The translations under genes were made by a program, and so were the position numbers. Positions 60,240-64,000 of a DNA stretch of 64,000 nt are shown piece after piece. Positions within the stretch are counted from its first letter, which is position 1. Each line of letters begins with the position of its first letter. The DNA is from Octopus bimaculoides (taxonomy: Eukaryota): contig NC_068990.1 of NCBI RefSeq assembly GCF_001194135.2, positions 92,158,514-92,222,513 of the forward strand, in the 5' to 3' direction. Under the pieces are notes generated by a model that was not told the DNA's origin, made no database searches, and saw nothing but the letters and a program-made list of their open reading frames with translations.

Positions 60240-60600
60240 GAAGTCCAGTAAAGGCTGCAGAATGATATAAAAACAATAAACTCTTTGTACACATTTGTAT
60301 TCAGGTACAAAATAAACTTAGGAACTTACATCATTGAAAGATCGTAGCACTGGTACCATGGGTATGTTATTAGAATGTTGCTGCAAGATGAATTCTTCAA
60401 GGCAAACCAACAGGCAAGAGACCTAGGAGGTAGACCAAAAATGAGATGATTGAATAATATCCAGAGTCTCAGTTGTTCATTTTTGCAAATCGATTAAGAA
60501 AGTGTAATGACGGTTGCTTCTGACAGGACCCTATGAAGGGAGATCCAGAGGACTTTACCGCCATCACTTTTCAAGGAATAGTGGTTGGGAAAGATGGATG
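60240..60600 (+). mobile_element. Degenerate RTE-like LINE 3' remnant
   Basis: GGCAAGAGACCTAGGAGGTAGACCAAAAATGAGATG resembles the G.R..GRP..RW coding motif. Heavily decayed. Confidence 0.4.
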
Positions 60601-60862
60601 GCTTCATGGATAAATGATCACACAACAGATACGGTTAGGAAGGAGTTTATCAACATATTCAAAAAGTTATATCCAACATAAAACGGCAGTGCCCCAGCAT
60701 GATCACTGCTCATGAGCTGAAACTAGTTCAATTCAATTCAGTTCATATTTAACAATCACGGTAGATATGAATTTAAATTTTGTTAATTTCATTTGATGTG
60801 TTACTCTAAAGTTAGATATTGCTAAATACTGCCCAATGACATATTGCAGAAAATTCCTATTA

Positions 60863-60982
60863 ATACCAACCTTATCCTGCTATGACCCATAAATACCAAC
60901 CCTACGCTACCTTAAGCCATTGATACCAACTCTATCCTGCCTTAAGCCACTGATACCAACCCTATTCTGCGTTGAGCTATTA
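60863..60982 (+). repeat. 30-bp tandem repeat, 4 units
   Basis: ATACCAAC recurs at 60863, 60893, 60923 and 60953, with related intervening sequence. Confidence 0.85.
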
Positions 60983-61383
60983 ATTGAAATATCTCTGCCC
61001 TGAGTGCATATCTGACTTGCGTCTCTCCATCGGATTCTCTACAGCTAGTTACACTATGGTCAATGTCTGGCTGAAGGATGAAAGAAGTGTTTCAATGACC
61101 TGTGGACACCTTTAACAGTAGAAACCATTGCCTACTTGCTGCTTGTATTGTTGGTCTTAATGGAAGGGGATTGGAAATACGAAGAAGAAATGCATTCCTT
61201 ATTACCAGGAGAAGTGTAAGAAGAGGCATGCAGTGTTATATGTGGCACTCTCAAGCAAATATTTACATTCTTGTCTGTGACCAGGGCTGTTCATCAAGGA
61301 TTTGGATGATTTCGGTGTAAAGTCACCGAAGAATCACAAATGGAGATGGTTAACATCAAATTCGATGAACAGCATTGAGTAAA

Positions 61384-61426
<43 letters not shown>

Positions 61427-62744
61427 TGTGTGCATGTGTGCATGCATTTGTGTGATGCATCTGTACAAGCAATGCATCTGCATTTGCAGTGCATGTATGC
61501 ATGTGGCTGCATGTATGTGTCTGTGTATGATTGTGTTCACATGTGCATGCATGTGTTTGTGTGTGCGTATTTGTGTGCATGTGTGTGTGAATGTGTGTGC
61601 AAGGATTAATTTCTGATTCTGACAACGGTCTTTAACATTAATATATCAATGTTCAATCTGTTTTGCTTACGTCAAAACTATTACAATACAATTTGATATC
61701 GCTAAACTAGAGGAAGCATTACAGAAATTTGGTATCTTGTTGCTTTAATAAAACAGAGAATCGGATCTGGGAACAACCTTTCACTTCTCATTAGCTTCCT
61801 GTAAAGATGGTTTTCTTTTCTGGTTTTATTTCTTAAGCGTATGTATGTATGGATATATAAATATAAAAATGGAACAAAAACGCAACAGAGGACAATAAAA
61901 ACATTCAGACAGATAGATGATATAAAGGCGGACAAGAGAAACAACAATAAGAAAGACAGGTGAAAAAAGACGGGTCATTTGTGGCCTTCTTTCCTCAGTC
62001 AAGTGCCAGACGTCATGACCATTTCGGGCAGTTACACTTGAGATGGTTCAATCTGGTTGCCCCCAAAAAAGTCTGAGCTAAGAGCATTAGACTCCTTTGT
62101 AAGAAAGCTAGCGAATGTGTACAGCAACAAAGACAAAAATACAAAAAACAACAGAGAACATGGTACGCAATTACGAATACAAACAACAGGTGTCTTTTGA
62201 CTGAGAACGAATCAAATGGAGTTGGTGTGTATGAAGTGAAAGCCTAAAGACAAGAACATGAGAGATGGACATAAGAAGTGTTGGCGGTCGGCGGTCAGCG
62301 GTCAGGTCAAGAAAGGAAGATCATGGCTGACCGGACACCGGTCACATGGAAGGAGAGATGGGTAGGAAGCAGTGGGACTGAAAGATTACGTATGTATGTA
62401 TGTATGTATGTATGTATGTGCATGTATTTATGTATATGTATGTTATGTATATATGCATGTGTCTATGTGTGTATGTATGTATATATGTATGTATCTATGT
62501 ATGTATCTATGTATGTACGTGTGTGTGTGTGTGTCTGTATGTATGTATGTATGTATGTACATATACATGTGTGTGTGTCTGTGTATGTATGTATATATAC
62601 ATGTGTGTGTGTCTGTGTATGTATGTATGAATGACTCAATCAATATACATATTCATATATATATATATATATATGGATGCATATATGTATTTTAATTTAA
62701 ATATTAAATTGCAATGAATCTTGATATCAAAAGCACACAACGGT

Positions 62745-62955
62745 GTGGCGAGCTGGCAGAATCATTAAGGTGCCATGCAAAATGCTTAGCGGCACTTCAT
62801 TTGTCTTCACGTTCTGAGTTCAAATTCCACCGAGGTTGACTTTGCCTATCATCCTTTCAGTATCAATAAAACGAGTACCATTTGAACCCTGGGATCAATC
62901 TAATCAACTTGGCCCTTTCTCTGAAATTGCTGGTCTTTTGCTAAAATTTGAAACC
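62745..62955 (+). mobile_element. Family M SINE copy
   Basis: GGCGAGCTGGCAGAATCATT...TTCTGAGTTCAAATTCC...TTTGCCTATCATCCTTTC. Confidence 0.8.
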
Positions 62956-64000
62956 AGTATCAGACACACCCATACATACAATACTAAAGCGGATTTAAAT
63001 ATTAAATTGTAATGAATTTAACAAGAAAAAGACATATGCGCTTATACCATATAAATGCACACACACACACACACAATGCATGCACAACAAACTTGATTTA
63101 AATATTAAATTTCAAATTAAATTTTGATTTGTAAAGATGAGAGGAAAGAAATAAAACACAGATTTGAAAAATTGGAGAAATATTGATAGAAGAAGAAAAA
63201 ATATTTCCTCTGGCAGAGAAAGTGAGGAGCAAAAATATGAAATATAAACAAATTTTTTTTTAAATGGTATAAATCTTAGGAAACTATTTCTTTTCCCTCT
63301 AAAAAGCAATAAAAAAAAAAATCAGATATGAAAAAAGAGAAAGGAAAAGAGTGAAATCAAAATATAATTAATGGATCAAATGTTGAAATTGGATGCAAAA
63401 TGTGTCAAAAATATTTAAATTATTTGTTTCATGTTTTGTGTTAAATCTGTAAATATGAAATGAGAGAGAGAGACAGAAAGAAAGAATAAAACAGAAAGGG
63501 AGAAAGAGAAGAAAGAGAAAGCAAAAGAGAGGGGAAGAGAGCAGGGGGAGAGAAACAATTTGTTCATTATATGGTTCATAGAAATCCGTAAATTAATAAG
63601 TATTTTGTAAATTCTATCTCTGCATGTTTAGGTATATTTTCCTTTATATAAAAAGAAAAATCTGTTCAATATGTTGGCAGAATATAAAAGCATATTCTGT
63701 TATAGAATTGAAAATAAAAACTAAAATACATATTAAGATAGATACAAGTCTTGATATTTACCTCAGACCCAGAATACTAAGTTTATTTCCAACACTGTAG
63801 TCCTCAAACAGACAGAAATTACACAAATCAAGTCTCATGTTTCAACAGGGACCCTGGAGAAACTAAGAACAGATGACTGACTTGTAAGGGTCAAACAAGC
63901 TGTTACAGGGGTGTAGTTAGCAAGGTAAGAATGCAAAGTGAGTTGAGTAATGAATTTAGAGGACAAGTATAGGATCAGTCAGTCTCCAGTCGACAGTCTT

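Noticed and set aside
61294-62695. Cys/His/Val-rich ORF clusters
   Set aside because: Products of TG, CA and TATG microsatellites.

Overview
AT-rich eukaryotic genomic DNA packed with microsatellites and SINE/LINE remnants, with three N gaps (22710-22924, 40323-40332, 51630-51848). The repeat families and composition look like an Octopus (coleoid cephalopod) assembly; this is an inference, not a database result. I reconstructed three spliced genes by hand, each with an open reading frame across GT-AG introns. SMC2 (minus strand, 17 coding exons, runs off the left edge) lies head-to-head with DPH2 (plus strand, start unresolved). RIMOC1/C5orf51 (minus strand, 7 exons) converges on DPH2. From about 34.5 kb to the end I could not support any host gene; that part holds a pogo/Tigger remnant, RTE and CR1-like LINE fragments, SINEs and simple repeats. 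The most unusual signal is a tRNA-headed SINE-like family. Its 3' part reconstructs to a minimal type I hammerhead ribozyme of the kind found in Penelope-like elements (PLEs). It has inserted twice here as an inverted (palindromic) unit flanked by a direct repeat, suggesting a ribozyme-bearing SINE mobilised by PLE machinery.
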